DNA from: Prevotella sp. CAG:1058
GTDB lineage: Bacteria; Bacteroidota; Bacteroidia; Bacteroidales; Bacteroidaceae
DNA: 64,000 nt
Direction: 5' to 3'
NCBI GenBank assembly: GCA_963931425.1
Contig: OZ007015.1
Coordinates: forward strand, 1,517,268-1,581,267
The notes beneath the pieces were generated by a model. The model was not told where the DNA came from, did not search any database, and was given only the letters and a program-made list of their open reading frames with translations. The translations under genes were made by a program, and so were the position numbers. Positions within the stretch are counted from its first letter, which is position 1. Every line of letters starts with the position of its first letter. Positions 27,788 to 39,900 of this stretch are shown one piece after another.

Positions 27788-30316
27788 ATGAAAAAACTTT
27801 TACTCTTGTTGTTGACGGCGGTCTGCGCCGTCACTGCAATGGCGCAGAGTTCTGAAGAAACCGCGCTGGAATTGCAAAAGGGAGAGAATCCTTGGACTCT
27901 TGACGCCCCCGGCGGTTATGCCTATTGGTATTATACACCCACTGAAAATACACTGCTTACGGTGTCTCCGTCGGCGGGGTATATTTCCGTTTACACGTAT
28001 GACGGCGAAGGTGACGCCGCTACCCAGGTTTATCTGAGAGGCGTAAACCCGTCGCAGCAGACAAGCATCTTCAGTTTGGAAAGCGGCCGTAGGTATTACG
28101 TACTGGCCGGTGGCAGTGATACGGGTACGCTCACAGCCGAGATGGCTACCGGTGAGAACATTGGCAAGGGCTTGTCGGCTGACGACCCGATGCCCATCGT
28201 CGTTGGCGAGGAGGCTTACATGGGTTCGTCCATTGTGGCCGGCAGCAACCTGACATCGTATGCCGAATATACAGCTACTGAAGACGGAGTCCTGCAGCTT
28301 ACATTGACAACATACGTGCAGGTTTCGGTCAACGGCGGTGCGCCGACATCCGCTGAGTCGGTAAGCAGCGGTGAGTATGTTTGCAAATTTACCGTTGAAA
28401 ACGGCCAGACCTACGACCTTACGTTTACCCATTACGGCCCGTTCATCCTCACGGCGGAGGTGACCCACCCCGTTGAAGGCTCTTTGGACATGCCTTTCAC
28501 GCTTGTAGAGGGTGACAACGAGCTGCCTGCCGAGACCGGTGAATATTGGTACACGTTTACAAATACCAGCACCGGCTATGGCGTTATTAACGGTGGCACG
28601 GGACTTAGGGCACAGGTAAAAGTCTACAACAACAAGGCCAACATTGATTACGGACAGACTTATGCAGAGTCGGAACTCGGTAGCTTTGACGTACGTTTCG
28701 AGCTGCCTTATCCTGGCACTACATATTATATAAGTGTAAATCGTGGAATAAGTGTTGACCAGCCAAGTACATTGACCTTTACAGTTGAAGACTATAAGCA
28801 GGGCGAAAGGGAAGACAACCCGATTGTACTGGAGAGCCTGCCCGCAACAGAAACCACGTCAAATGCAGGAGGAACGTATTATTACGCCGTGGATGTGCCT
28901 GCCGGAGAGCATAAGTTCCTCAACGTAGAGGCACTGTCTGAAATAACGAACACAGCAACTTCGGTTGCCGTATATGTGCAGGGCAACAGCTATAACGCTA
29001 CAAGCGGCAATGCTTCTGTACGCGCGGAGGTGAACGGTGGCACGTCGGGTCAGCGTTATATAATAAGGTGGACGTCTTCAGAGTCGTCGCCGATAGAGTT
29101 TACCGCCTCGTTTGAAGACATCAGGCAAGGCGACCTGATAAGCGAACCGCTCGACGCAGTGCTCGGTACAAACGAAATCGATGCCGACGGCACAAGGTAT
29201 TACAAGTACACTCCCACCAAGAACTGCAAGCTTGTTCTGGCCGGAACGATTGAAATGGCCGTGTCATTCTCCGTGTACAGCTACGGTTATTATACTCCTG
29301 TTACAGCGTCGCAGACCGGGGCCGAATACTCGCTTACAGCTACCGAGGGCACTGAGTATTACATACAGATAGACAATGCCAAGGCAGGCGACGAGTTCAC
29401 TTTGGCGGAGGCCGAGTTTGAACAGGGCGAAACGCGCGACAATCCCGTGATAGTTGAGGACGGAAAGTTCACCTTCGGCTCGGAGACTTACGGCGACTAT
29501 TGGCTGCAATACACTGCCGACAGGGCCGGAAAGCTTGTCATCGAGAGCGATGTTCCTTATAATTATACTGAAAGAATGCAGTACGGCAGGTCTACGGACA
29601 GCTATTTGTCAAACATGGTTATGAGCAGCTATGACGGCAGCACGTCAACAACCGTTTATGGTGCGGAGGTGAGTGTAGCCGCAGGTGATGTGTTCCTTGT
29701 CAACTTGAAGATGGCGGCTCCCCACGAAGGATGCGTAATCACATTCACTATAAGGGACTTTGAGGCTGGCGAGTCGACTTCTACAGCCATCGAACTGCAG
29801 AAAGACGAGACCGTATCCGTTCCTTCTGTATCGCGTACAGCGCCTATGTGGTATAAGGTTTCTTTGCCGGAAGCATGCAATATTACCATTACAGCCGACA
29901 ATTTTATCAGCGGATATTGGTATCAAGGCTTGGAGTCTACTACAGGTTCGGGCGAATACATGACATTCAATTACAGCTATGACGAAGAAACTTACGTAAC
30001 AACCTACACCTTTACCAAGGAGGTTGCGGCTGCAGGTGATTATTATATAATGATAGACCAGTGCTATGGCAATACCAATATGACATTCACTTCTGACGGA
30101 ACGTCAGGCATAGGCAGCGTCGGTACAGGCTCTTCAATCAGCGTAAATGGCGGTACTCTCAACATCAATGCCGACAATGCCGACGTCAGGGTGTACACCG
30201 TTTCAGGTGCTGCGGTTGTCAGCGAGAGGGTTTCTGGCAGCGCGTCGTTCAGCTTGGACAAAGGCATTTACATTGTTAAAATCAACAATACTGTGAAGAA
30301 AGTTATCGTAAAATAG
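27788..30316 (+). CDS. T9SS-secreted protein with about 6-7 internal beta-sandwich repeats and no recognisable catalytic domain
   Basis: Signal peptide ending AMA-Q, recurrent G-x(3)-D/E-x-P-I/V/F-x-L/V modules, and a type-A CTD ending GIYIVKINNTVKKVIVK. -7 box TATATTTG at 27688. Confidence 0.8.
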   Translation: MKKLLLLLLTAVCAVTAMAQSSEETALELQKGENPWTLDAPGGYAYWYYTPTENTLLTVSPSAGYISVYTYDGEGDAATQVYLRGVNPSQQTSIFSLESGRRYYVLAGGSDTGTLTAEMATGENIGKGLSADDPMPIVVGEEAYMGSSIVAGSNLTSYAEYTATEDGVLQLTLTTYVQVSVNGGAPTSAESVSSGEYVCKFTVENGQTYDLTFTHYGPFILTAEVTHPVEGSLDMPFTLVEGDNELPAETGEYWYTFTNTSTGYGVINGGTGLRAQVKVYNNKANIDYGQTYAESELGSFDVRFELPYPGTTYYISVNRGISVDQPSTLTFTVEDYKQGEREDNPIVLESLPATETTSNAGGTYYYAVDVPAGEHKFLNVEALSEITNTATSVAVYVQGNSYNATSGNASVRAEVNGGTSGQRYIIRWTSSESSPIEFTASFEDIRQGDLISEPLDAVLGTNEIDADGTRYYKYTPTKNCKLVLAGTIEMAVSFSVYSYGYYTPVTASQTGAEYSLTATEGTEYYIQIDNAKAGDEFTLAEAEFEQGETRDNPVIVEDGKFTFGSETYGDYWLQYTADRAGKLVIESDVPYNYTERMQYGRSTDSYLSNMVMSSYDGSTSTTVYGAEVSVAAGDVFLVNLKMAAPHEGCVITFTIRDFEAGESTSTAIELQKDETVSVPSVSRTAPMWYKVSLPEACNITITADNFISGYWYQGLESTTGSGEYMTFNYSYDEETYVTTYTFTKEVAAAGDYYIMIDQCYGNTNMTFTSDGTSGIGSVGTGSSISVNGGTLNINADNADVRVYTVSGAAVVSERVSGSASFSLDKGIYIVKINNTVKKVIVK

Positions 30317-30398
30317 TATCAATACATACGGGCGTTTGTTGTCCCAGCGTTGTCTGGTGGCGGCAAACGCCTTAAAATATTCATTAAACATTCAATAC

Positions 30399-33300
30399 AT
30401 GAAAATTCTGAAAAAACTTTTGGTGGGCTTGGGCCTGCTGTTGTGTGTGCCGCAAGACGCCGATGCCGTAAAGGCTTATCCGCGTCCTGTCACCATAACG
30501 CAGCCCGACGGCACGAAAATCACGGTGAGGATTCACGGTGATGAGAGTTTCCATTACACCACGACAATCGACGGTTTCATGCTCGAAATGGACAAGGCGG
30601 GCTTCTTCCGCTATGTCGACTACGACTTCAAGACGGGCAAGAAGACTCTCTCCGCGTTGCGTGCGCGCAACGTAGGCGAACGTACCGCCGAGGAAAAGAC
30701 GTTCGTTGCCAACCTGAAGGCGGCCACCCTGATTACCGCCGACATGAAGACACGCCGCCCCTTGACGCTGAAACAGCCGGGCAGGACGGTGCGGCCATGG
30801 CTTGAAAAACAATCGGCGGCAAAGGCGAATGCCGCCAACGCCGCGGCGGCGAGAACCGTTAGCGGCGACTGCGAGTATCTTGTAATACTCGTGAATTTCG
30901 CCGACAGCACGTTCAAGTACAAGAATGAAGACTTTGAAACATGGCTCAACGAGCCGGGCTACAGCACAAACGGCGGTACCGGCAGCGTTAAAGACTACTG
31001 GAGGGACAATTCAATGGGGCAGTTTGTGCCCAACTTCACGGTGGTAGGGCCTTACACTTTGTCCAAGCCTCTGGTTGCATACGCAGGCAATGCGGAAGAC
31101 ACCGGCGAGGACATCGACCCCCGTTCTATGATAAAGGAGGCCTGCCAGCTGGCCAAGGAGGCCAATCCTGGCCTTGATTTCAGCAAGTTTGACAACGACG
31201 GCGACGGCGTTGTTGACAACTGTTATGTAATATACGCTGGCTACAGCGAGGCCAGCACGGCCAACCCTAATGACATGTGGCCACACAGCTGGACGATGGG
31301 TGACGATGTGTTCGAGATTGACGGAGTGAAGATAGACGAATACTCATGCTCCGCCGAGCTTGTGGGCATGCCCGGAGCGCCGGCTGTGCCGACGATGGAC
31401 GGCATCGGAACGTTCACCCACGAGTTCGGACACATTCTCGGTCTGAAGGACATGTATGACACCGACGATTATACAAACGGCTACGGAGTTGACCCGGGCG
31501 CGTACAGCCTGTACGCTTCTGGCAGTTACAACAACGACAGCCGCACGCCTCCCTGCCTGATGGCTTTCGAGCGTTTGCAGATGGGATGGGCAAAGGAAGG
31601 CGTCGACATTGTAGAGCTGAAGGACGCCGAAGACGTGACGCTCGACAATGTCGCGACAAACAAGGCGAGATACATCAACGCACAGCCCGACCGCGAACCC
31701 GGCACGGGTTACGAGTGGTTTGTGCTTGAAAACAGGCAGAAGACCGGCTGGGACTCGTACATACCGGCTCACGGACTGCTTATATACCACTATGACTATA
31801 CACAGGAAATGGTGGACGAGTACTGGAGCGTGAACGGTCCAAACAACAACGCAAACCACCGCTGCATGTACATCAAGGCGGCCGACGGCGTTGACGACGA
31901 GAACTCGCGTGCCGGAGACACATATCCAGGAACAAGTGCGAACACCGAGTTTACCGACACTTCTACACCAAACTCTTTGAACTGGAGCAACGAGCCGGTA
32001 AACGTGCCCGTGACGAACATCATCGAGCAGGACGGCATCATACGTTTCCAAGTAGGCGGAGGCACATCGACATGGGACTTCGTGAAGACTAACGTGCCGA
32101 CGGACATACGCGACGTGTCGGCTACTTTCACAGCGGAGATGAGCGGAAACACGGCGGAAGTGACCGAGACAGGTTTCTGCTGGTCGCTCGAGGAGAACCC
32201 GACGGTAGAGGGAGAGCACAAGACTGCGGCGATGGCTGACGGCAAGTTCAGCGCAGCCGTTGACAACCTGCAGCCCGGAAGCAACTATAACGTAAGGGCA
32301 TACGTGAAGATGGCCGGCGGCGAAGTTGTCTACGGCTCTTCCGTATTGTTCACCACTGAATGCAAGACTGGCGAGGTTCCCTTCGTGGCCGACTTCATGT
32401 CGTGGACTAACGGACAGCCCGACTGCTGGCAGATTGTAGACCGCAACGGCGACGGCACGACGTGGATTCTCGACGAGAGCACCGGCGCGATAGTCTACCA
32501 GTTCGACTACTGGAACAACGCCGACGACTGGCTGATAAGCAAGAGGCGCATACACGTGCCCGAAAACGGTACGTTGTTCTTCTCGCGAGGCGTGGCCGAG
32601 ACCACCACAGTGGAAGACCTTGAGATATACGTGTCGACAAAGACGAGCGACATAGACGACTTTTTCCTGATAGAGAGGATGTCGTTCGCCGACTATTTCA
32701 GCGAGCAGCACATCGAGGAAGTAGACCTGAGCCGATTTGCCGGACAGGATATCTACATTGCATTCAGGTGCTGTTCCGAGAAATTGCAAACCAACCTGTG
32801 GATATGGCAGATAGCCGTGACCGAGAAGTTAGGCACGCCTACCGTGACCAAGTTCGACAAGACTGGCACCGACCAGCTCACGGTAGAGTGGACGCCGGTA
32901 GACAAGGCGGCTTACTATTACCTCTATTTCGGCAAGGAGACTGACGAGCCTAACTATGTATTGTTGTTCACTCCCGTTTCGTTCTTCGAGAAAGTCGAGG
33001 GCGACGTGCAGCTGAGCACCGGTTCGATGCTCTTCACCGGCGGCGCCACGGTAGAGCTTATAGACATACCCGAAGGCATCGACGACCTGAAGTTCATGGC
33101 AACAGCATCGGGTCCGACCGGCAGTTCGACACTGCTTGTTGAAGGAACAACCGACGGCTCCACATGGACGAGCGTAGGCCCGAGGGTCGTTTTCAGCGAG
33201 TATGACAGCGAGGGGCAGGAGTGCGACTGGCAGAGCTACGTAGAGGGCAAGGGCTACAAGAAGCTGCGCTTCAGGTTCACGCACGGCGGACGCAACGGAC

Positions 33301-33752
33301 GCGTTAAGTATCTTACGCTCGGCTACAACGACGGAAAGATTATCGAAGACCTAGCAGCCGGCAGGGCTGACGGCACGTCGATGGTCATCAACGCCACCGC
33401 TCCGGGCGAGTTTGACACCGGACGCTATGTTGCGTGGGTGGCTGCAGGCGACGATCTGTTCTTCTATGACCAGTCGGCCAACGCTTACTACGAGAACGGT
33501 ACGCCGTCGTCGATCACCGATGTCATCGAAGGTTCGGGCATAAGCATTACCACAGGAGCCGGCTTCATAGCAGTCGACGGAGTCGAGCCGGGCAGCATCA
33601 TTACCTGCACGTCGGCCTCGGGCGCATTGCTTTACAGCGGCAAGGCAGGCGGCAGCCATGCCAAGATAAGCCTGCCCGGAGAAAGCGGCATTGTGATAGT
33701 GAATATCGAATGCGGCGGCAAGACTTACAGGACAAAGGTGATAGTTAGATAA
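30399..33752 (+). CDS. T9SS-secreted M6 (immune inhibitor A-like) metalloprotease with FN3 and cleaved-adhesin (choice-of-anchor J) domains
   Basis: QPDG..I.VRIHGDE propeptide, HEFGHILGLKD (HExxHxxGxxD), LENRQKTGWD, WQIVDRNGDG...DDWLIS, CTD ending KVIVR. Confidence 0.9.
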   Translation: MKILKKLLVGLGLLLCVPQDADAVKAYPRPVTITQPDGTKITVRIHGDESFHYTTTIDGFMLEMDKAGFFRYVDYDFKTGKKTLSALRARNVGERTAEEKTFVANLKAATLITADMKTRRPLTLKQPGRTVRPWLEKQSAAKANAANAAAARTVSGDCEYLVILVNFADSTFKYKNEDFETWLNEPGYSTNGGTGSVKDYWRDNSMGQFVPNFTVVGPYTLSKPLVAYAGNAEDTGEDIDPRSMIKEACQLAKEANPGLDFSKFDNDGDGVVDNCYVIYAGYSEASTANPNDMWPHSWTMGDDVFEIDGVKIDEYSCSAELVGMPGAPAVPTMDGIGTFTHEFGHILGLKDMYDTDDYTNGYGVDPGAYSLYASGSYNNDSRTPPCLMAFERLQMGWAKEGVDIVELKDAEDVTLDNVATNKARYINAQPDREPGTGYEWFVLENRQKTGWDSYIPAHGLLIYHYDYTQEMVDEYWSVNGPNNNANHRCMYIKAADGVDDENSRAGDTYPGTSANTEFTDTSTPNSLNWSNEPVNVPVTNIIEQDGIIRFQVGGGTSTWDFVKTNVPTDIRDVSATFTAEMSGNTAEVTETGFCWSLEENPTVEGEHKTAAMADGKFSAAVDNLQPGSNYNVRAYVKMAGGEVVYGSSVLFTTECKTGEVPFVADFMSWTNGQPDCWQIVDRNGDGTTWILDESTGAIVYQFDYWNNADDWLISKRRIHVPENGTLFFSRGVAETTTVEDLEIYVSTKTSDIDDFFLIERMSFADYFSEQHIEEVDLSRFAGQDIYIAFRCCSEKLQTNLWIWQIAVTEKLGTPTVTKFDKTGTDQLTVEWTPVDKAAYYYLYFGKETDEPNYVLLFTPVSFFEKVEGDVQLSTGSMLFTGGATVELIDIPEGIDDLKFMATASGPTGSSTLLVEGTTDGSTWTSVGPRVVFSEYDSEGQECDWQSYVEGKGYKKLRFRFTHGGRNGRVKYLTLGYNDGKIIEDLAAGRADGTSMVINATAPGEFDTGRYVAWVAAGDDLFFYDQSANAYYENGTPSSITDVIEGSGISITTGAGFIAVDGVEPGSIITCTSASGALLYSGKAGGSHAKISLPGESGIVIVNIECGGKTYRTKVIVR

Positions 33753-33816
33753 AAAAATAACGCGAATGTACCCGCTGTCCGTGCCACGCATGGCCGTATC
33801 AAATTACAAGGTTTGC

Positions 33817-33914
33817 AAAAGACGGCATATTGCCGCGTAAAAGGCGACCTTTTACAGCCTGAAAGACGGCCTTTTGCATCGCTGGAGGCAACACGCTGAA
33901 AGCCAGCTGGTTAC
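33817..33914. repeat. 22-bp-period palindrome array, copy 5 (units 33817, 33839, 33861; anchor 33888-33914)
   Basis: AAAAGACGGCATATT, AAAAGGCGACCTTTT, GAAAGACGGCCTTTT, 12-nt gap, GCAAC-ACGC-TGAAAGCCA-GCTG-GTTAC. Confidence 0.88.
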
Positions 33915-33986
33915 CTCCGGGATAAAAAACAAAGCCGGTGCGGACGGCAGGGACGCTCGCCGTAGAAACAATAAACATACGTAACA

Positions 33987-36900
33987 ATGAAAATACGCAA
34001 TTACATTTTGTCGTTAGTGGCGGCAGCCGGGTGCGCCGTCTGCGTGGCTGCGATAGCCGACGGGCGCAATGACGACAAACAGGAGAAAGTGAAGCCGGCG
34101 GAAAACATGCCCGCCAAGGTCGACACGCAGCGGTCGCCCTATTCGCTGATTAACCTTGCAGGCAGCGAGGACGGCATACCTTACGGCCTCCGCCTGATGG
34201 AGGTCGACAATAAGGATGTGTCGCTAAGCTGGAACACTCCCGAGGCCACGGACGGCTATTGGGACGACTTCGAGACGCACGACGACTTCGTAATCAACTC
34301 GCCCGGCAGTGTCGGCTGGCAGTATATCGACGCCGACAACGCGAGGACGTACACGTGGCAGGCCTGCACCTTCCCCAATATGGGACAGAAGATGGCCTTC
34401 ATCGTGATGAACCCGTCGATGACATCGCCGGCGACAGACACCAACCCTAACTATAAACCATTCTCGGGCAATAAGATGCTGGTTGACTTCTGCGCGGCAG
34501 ATGTGCCAAACAACGACTTCATAATATCGCCTGAACTCAACTTCTCGAGCGACTTCAAAATCAGCTTCCGCGCACGCAGCTACAATGACGCTTATGCGCT
34601 TGAGCGCATCCGCGTGGGCTATTCTACCACTGGCATAAGCCCGTCAAACTTCACATGGGTGCAAGGAGGCGACTACGTGGAGCTTCCGGCAGAGTGGAAC
34701 TTGTATGAATACGAGATACCCCAGGAGGCCAAGTATGTTACCATCAACTGCGTATCTGACGATGCCTTCATGCTGCTCATCGACGACATCTTCGTCGGTA
34801 CGAACGAAGTACGCCCGGGCGTGATGCCGATGAAAGCTCCTGCCGCCGGGGCGAAGCTCACCGGCTTCAACATATACCGTGACGGCACAAAGGTTAACCA
34901 GGAACCTGTCACCGAGATAAGATATACCGATACGGTTGACGACTACGGCACATTCAGCTATACGGTAGCCGCCGTTTATTCTGACGGCAGCGAGTCGGAG
35001 AAGTCTGACGCGTTGCAGGTTGAAGTGCCTGACATCAGGCTTCTGCCTTTTGAGGACGACTTCGAGACATGGACTTTGGCCGAAGACAAGTGGAGCACGA
35101 TGAACGGCGACGCATACGATGTGAACAACTGGAGCATAGACTACTATGCTACAGGCCTGGTTGACCCGTGCGCCACGTTCAGATATTCAAACCTGGTGAA
35201 CTACGACCAGTCGCTTGTCACCCGTGAACTGAACACTGAAAACAGGGGCGCTACTTACCTGCGCTTCAACCTGAAGCTGCAGAATGAACGCCACGAGAAC
35301 GACGACTACCTTGCAGTGGAAGTAACCAGCGACGGCGGAAAGACGTGGAAGAACGTTGCGACGTTTGACAACAAGCAGGGCGCATTCGACTGGAAAGTAT
35401 GCCAGTACAACATCGGCGGCCTGCTCGACAGCAACCTTTTCCGTATCCGTTTCCGTGCTTACGGCGCCATTTCGACATATATCGACTACTGGTATGTTGA
35501 CGACATAAAGGTCTGGAACCCCGAATGGACAACGGCAACGCTCACCGTAATGTCGGCCGACGGAGCTGTTGCAGGCTGCCCCGTGACGCTTACCGGCAAT
35601 TCGGGAGGCGTGTACACAGCCACCACCGGCGATGACGGCAAGGTCGTATTCGATGAAATCGAGGACGACACATACACCGTGTCAATCGTGAACGACGGCT
35701 ATAACATATACGAAAGCGAGTGGACCGTAAGCAAGGAAGGTGAAAACGCATTCACCGCTGAGCTTAAACGGCCTGTTATGACATTGTCGTCAACCGACGT
35801 GGCAGCCGAAATCGTGGCTGAAAGCAGCATCGAGAAGACCGTCACATTGAGCAATACCGGCGACGGCCCGATGACATGGTATCTCAACACGCAGCATAAG
35901 GCAGGCAGCGGCGACGCGTCACGCCTTTGGGAAATACAGGGCACGTTCACCGCGTCCGGCGACCTCCAGTCGTGCGTTGCGTTTGACGGCGAGAACTATT
36001 ACACCAGCTCTTCAATCGAACTTGGCGAGTTCTGGAAGTACGACAAGGACGGAACACTCGTTGAACGCTTCCGTCTGCCTGACATGTACTTCCCCGTTTA
36101 CGACCTCACTTTTGACGGACGCTACTTCTACGGAGGCGACGGCACCAACCGTGTGTTCAAGTTCGACTTCTACAACAAGCGCGTGGCCGACATCATTACG
36201 GTTGATGCCGAGCCGGGTCTGGAAATCACCCACTGCTGCTATGACCCCGACCTTGGCGGCCTTTGGATTGGCGGATGGAATACGTTGGGTCTTATCGACA
36301 TGACAGGAAAAATAATAGTGTCGGTTGAGAACTTTGACCCTAACACGACGCTTTCGGTCATTGGTTCTGCCTATGACAATGTTACGCCCGGCGGCCCTTA
36401 CCTTTGGCTGGCCGACGGATCGTCGTCTGAAACCATGATTGACCGCGTTGCGATACATCAGTACAATATTAATGAAGCACGCCTTACCGGCGTAAGCCAT
36501 CTCGCAACCGACGTTCCGGGTTACAAAATCGGCAATGCCTCAACAGGAGTGAACAGGATTGGTGGTCTGTCGTCGTCGTTCGACATAAAGAACGGAACGC
36601 TTACGCTCACCGGAGTGCTGCAGCAGTCGCCCGGATTAATCTTCAACTACACTCTGTGTGAAATAGGAGAATGGGTTGAAATGTCGCCAAAGCACGGCAC
36701 GCTTCAGCCCGGCGACAGCCAGGACATCACTTTCGGCTTCAATTCAGTTGACGCAAAGAAGGGTGACAAGTTTGAGACTACAGCTGAAATACTGACCGTT
36801 CCCGAACTTGGAGAGCAGTCATTGGCTGTAAGTATGGACGTTAATGCCGATGCAGCGTCGCCGCGTCCTGTAGAGCTTAAGGCCGAACCGGGACAGGCTT

Positions 36901-39900
36901 CGGTACAGCTTACATGGAAACCGGGCGACGAAAGCCGTGCGCCGATGGGTTACAATGTTTACCGTGACGGCACTAAGGTGAACACTGAAGCCGTTACAGA
37001 GACGGCGTTCACGGACGACAAGCTTGTTTACGGAGAGTATTATTATAAGGTGACGGCCGTTTATGACGGTGGTGAAGAGTCGCTCCCGTCAGACTCCGTG
37101 GCAGCTTTCGTAAAGCAGGGCGCGCAGTATTACGCTCCGCTTGAGCCTGCCGCAGTGGTTGAAGGCAACAATAACGTCAACCTGACGTGGAAATCTCCGC
37201 TTGTAAATGCTGGCGAGAGCAACAGCGTATCATGGTCAACCGGCGTATATGCTGATGCAATGGGCGTTGCCGACGGTGGCACTTTCTATGCCGCTTCGGA
37301 TTGGACTGCCGAAGACCTTGTGCCTTACCGCAACAAGCGTGTGTCGTCAGTGTCGGTACAACTCGTCAACCCTTGCTCGTATCTTAGACTGTTCGTGTAT
37401 AAGGACGGAGAAAGTGTTTACTCGAAAACGTACAACGGCAACATCTTGTATGACGGCACATATACCGACGTAACCATTGACGAGCCGCTCCTCATTGAGC
37501 CGGGTGCGGAGTACAGGTTTGCCTTCCAGCTGCAGAATGCGCAAGGCATAAAGCCGTTGGGTATGGACGCCAGCCAAGCAGTTGACGGCAAGGGCAACCT
37601 CCTGTCGATAGACGGAGAGACATGGTTCCCGGCTTCTTACCAAGGCATCGCCGGCAACTTTAACATAAAGATTGACGTTGTTCCTGATGAAAGCATGGTC
37701 GAAGAGGCTCCTTCAGGCTACAATGTGTACCGCGACGGAGAGAAGGTTAATGACAAACCCGTTACTGCCACGAGCTATACTGACGTTGTAAGCGAGTCAG
37801 GAACTCACGAGTACACCTTAACGTCGGTTTATTCTGACGGCGGAGAGTCGGCTGAAAGCGAGAGTGTAAGCGTTGAGATAGTCGGCATATACGGTCCTTA
37901 CGCACCTTCTGCGGTTGATGCGGACGTGCACATCAACAGGGATGTAACTCTGTGCTGGGACTATCCGACGGACGGCACGCATACATTGAAGGCTGACATC
38001 ACGACCCGTCCGGTGACGGTAGACGACAACATGCCCGAATATGTCAATTCTTTCACCGGCCATGACGAGGGTGTTGAGATGGGTATAGCGTCAGACAACA
38101 ACTTCATCTACACCTCCACTTACTCTAAGGACGGTTATGTGAACAAGTACTCGATGGACGGAGAGTACATCGAAAGCTTTACAATAGACGGCATCGAGGG
38201 AATAAGGAACATCGTTTACGATGGCACCGACTTCTATGTAGGCGATTACAGCACCAACATTTACAAGGTTGACATGGAGGCGCACATGGTTCTTGCCACG
38301 ATGACCATTTCCGAGTTCTCTCGCCATCTGGCATACATCCCCGAGCTTGACGGCGGCAACGGCGGCTTCGAGGTTGGCGACTGGGAGACCAGTATCTATG
38401 TAAGGAAGGACGGAAGCAAGATTGGCAACGGGCCTACTTTGCTCGGAGCGAGCGGCACGGCATATAATGACGGCCTGCTGTATGCCTTCGAACAGGGCGG
38501 TGACAATACCCGTACAATAGGCATATACGACTTCGCGACTTCTCAACGGGTGGGCAGCATCGACGTGACTGCTTACTCTGAGATAACAGGAATATCAACA
38601 GCTTCAGCCGGAGGTATGTCTGTTGTGTCGCGTCCCGACGGTTCTAAGTTCCTTGCCTTGGCGCTGCAACGCCAGGACGACAACACCAAGTTCGCATTCA
38701 TCGAGCTTGAAGGCGTAAGCGGAGTGACGGGCTATAACGTCTACCGCAACGGCGAGCAGGTGAACGACGAACCGCTGACACGCCGCTATTTTGCGGAAAG
38801 TCTTGACAATGAAGGCTCTTACAAGTATGAAATCGAGACGGTTTATATTGACGGAAGCAAGTCTGACAGCCGTGCAACGGTAGACATACAAATCCAGCCC
38901 AAGGGCACGGCAGAAGTGCCTGAAGACGTCAAGGCCGTGCAGTCTACCTACGGTTACAACGTGCTCCTCTCGTTCGCCGATCCGCAGATGAACGACGGCG
39001 CAGCCAAGGCCGAGAGCTTCGAGACTGCCAATGCGCAGGAACCTGTCAGCGTAGAAGGCTGGATAAACAAGGCTGACGCATGGAAGGTGACAGCCGACTA
39101 TGCTTACGAAGGCATCAAGGCAATGGAAGCCGAAGGCGACGGCGAGGCCACAATGATACTCTCTGTGGATGGAATGGCAAGCCTGAAGATGGCCGTGCGC
39201 AACGCCGACGACCATAACGGACACGGCTCAATAAGCCTGTTGCGCTCGATAGGCGGCACCGATGACGCCGACTTCATACAGATGAACGCATACCAGACCA
39301 ATGAGGCCTGGACTGAAATCGAAGCCGACATACCCGAAGGCACAGAATATCTGGCGATAAGGAAACCGGCCGGCATCGAGACACAGTTCATCGATGCAGT
39401 ACGCCTGTTCACGCAGAAGACACCGTCAAGCGTGTACGCTTACGACATATTCCGCAACGGTGAGCAGATAAACGAGCAACCCGTAACGGGCATAAGCTAC
39501 ATAGACCGCAACCTCGTGCCAGGACACTATGACTACCAGGCACGCCTTACCACGACTTTGTCGGCCGTCAGCGAACTGTCAGACAAGGTGGGCATCGACC
39601 TCGACTACGACAACGGAGGCCTCGCACCGACAGGCCTTAAGGCCGGTTATGAAGCCGACGGCAGCGTGAAACTCAGCTGGCAGTTCCCCGCACTGGGCGA
39701 ACCTATATATCTGCGCTGGCACGACGGCAACAGCTATGACGCCGGAGGCGTGGCCAACGGTGGCTCGTTCTTCGCCGGAGCACGCTGGTATGCGTCAGAC
39801 CTGAAGGACTATGAGCAGCTGTCGCTTACAGATGTAGAGTTCTACATCAACCAGATACCAGACGCTCTGTTCGTTCTCGTTTACGAGGGCAGCACGCTCG

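Noticed and set aside
31344-32789. Long antisense ORFs (481 aa here; also 16158-17084, 11627-12340, 5079-5819 and others)
   Set aside because: They lie opposite well-supported genes and have no recognisable motifs. Such shadows are expected in GC-rich coding DNA.
33771-33952. Imperfect inverted repeats (CCCGCTGTCCGTGCC / GGTGCGGACGGCAGGG) around element copy 5 as MITE termini
   Set aside because: Only about 12 of 16 positions match and I did not see equivalents around the other copies.
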